64,000 nucleotides of DNA from Selaginella moellendorffii (Eukaryota > Plantae > Lycopodiophyta): assembly GCF_000143415.4 (NCBI RefSeq), contig NW_003314270.1, positions 789,236 to 853,235 on the forward strand. The letters run 5' to 3'. Positions 62,698-64,000 of the stretch are shown in pieces (position 1 is the stretch's first letter; every line of letters starts with the position of its first letter). Under the pieces are notes generated by a model. The model was not told the DNA's origin. It was given only the letters and a program-made list of their open reading frames with translations, and ran no database searches. The position numbers and the translations under genes were made by a program.

Positions 62698-63945
62698 TAT
62701 TCGGATTTGGACTCGGACTCGGTCTCGGTCCCGGATTCGGACTCGGTCTCGTCCTGGATTCAGACTCGGACTTCGTCTTGGTCTTAGTCTTGGTCTCGGT
62801 TCCATCTCGGACTCCATCTCGGACTCCATCTCAGACTCCATCTTGGGTCCATCTCGGACTCCATCTCGGGTCCATCTCGGTCTCCATCTGGGTCCACCTC
62901 GGTCTCCATCTCGGGTCCATCTCGGTCTCCATCTCAGACTCCATTTTGGGTCCATCTCAGACTCCATCTCGGGTCCATCTCAGACTCCATCTCGGTCCAC
63001 CTTAGACTCCATCTCAGGTCCATCTCAGTTTCCATCTCGAACTCCATTTTGGGTCCATCTCGGACTCCATCTCGGTCCATCTCAGACTCCATCTCTGACT
63101 CCATCTCAGGCTCCATCTCAAATCCATCTCGGACTCTATCTCGGACTCCATCTTGGGTCCATCTTGGGTCCATCTCGGACTCCATCTCGGGTCCATCTCG
63201 GACTCTATCTCGGAGTCCACCTCGGATTCCATCTTGGGTCCATCTCGGACTCCATCTTAGACTCCATCTCGGACTCCATCTCAGTCCACCTCGGACTCCA
63301 TCTCAGGTCCATCTCGAGTCCATCTTAGACTCCATCTCGGACTCCATTTTGGGTCTATCTCGGACTCCATCTTTGGTCCACCTCAGACTCCATCTCGGGT
63401 TCCATCTCGGACTCCACCTCAGACTCCATCTCGGGTCCATCTCGGACTCCACCTCAGACTCCATCTCGGGTTCCATCTCGGACTCCATCTCAGGTCCACC
63501 TCGGATTCCATCTTGGGTTCCATCTCGAGTCCATCTTAGACTCCATCTCGGACTCCATCTCGGTTTCCACCTCGGACTCCATCTCAGGTCCATCTCAGTC
63601 TCCATCTCGGACTCCATTTCGGGTCTATCTCGGACTCCATCTCAGGTCCACCTCGGACTCCATCTCGGGTTCCATCTCGGGTCTCCATCTCGGACTCCAT
63701 TTCGGGTCCATCTCGGACTCCATCTCGGGTCCATCTTGGACTCCATCTTGGGTTCCATCTTGGGTCCATCTCGGACTCCACCTCGAACTCCACCTTGGAC
63801 TCCATCTTGGGTCCATCTTGGGTCCATCTCAAACTCCACCTCGGACTCCACCTCAGACTCCATCTTGGGTCCATCTTCGGGTCCATCTCAAACTTCCACT
63901 TCGGACTCCAGCCTCAGGGTCCATCTCGGGTCCACCTCGGACACT
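62698..63945. repeat. Minisatellite, ~11-12-bp unit (GACTCCATCTCG / GGTCCATCTCG), ~1.25 kb
   Basis: Roughly one hundred degenerate tandem units. The ORFs called across it are repeat artefacts. Confidence 0.95.
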
Positions 63946-64000
63946 TCCACATGTGTCTTGTCATAGAACTCTTGTGTCCCTTTTCCAAAGATTCACCTTT

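Noticed and set aside
62618-63966. Long ORFs (236 aa, 305 aa and antisense)
   Set aside because: They are translations of a stop-poor minisatellite.

Overview
Gene-dense nuclear DNA of a land plant, most likely a Selaginella-type lycophyte. This is inferred from the ~50-60 nt introns, tiny intergenic spacers and several intronless PLS-class PPR genes with 31-aa repeats. The host genes are a type-B response regulator, an ArfGAP-C2 protein, three PPR-E proteins, CDKF;1, MLH1, a POLLUX-like/plastid-envelope ion channel, a BAT2_N/PRRC2-like protein, a 2OG-Fe(II) dioxygenase and an OPT transporter. There is also a tRNA-Gly(GCC) gene with a decaying tandem array. Mobile DNA includes a complete but dead Ty3/gypsy element (175-bp LTRs, 4-bp TSD), a Copia remnant, a decayed PIF/Harbinger and a 12-bp minisatellite. 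The standout is a 12.4-kb DNA transposon at 48636-61006, with perfect 24-bp TIRs and a 4-bp TSD (ATAC), inserted into the Harbinger Myb ORF. It carries a Sola-like DDD transposase. A divergent multi-exon cargo gene reads as ParB-like domain + degenerate DNA methyltransferase-like fold + acidic tract + FCP1/NIF phosphatase. The element is studded with about 20 copies of a 22-bp palindrome (ATGGCRTGWGGCCWCAYGCCAT), mostly in its introns and spacers. All domain calls come from reading motifs by eye; no database searches were run.
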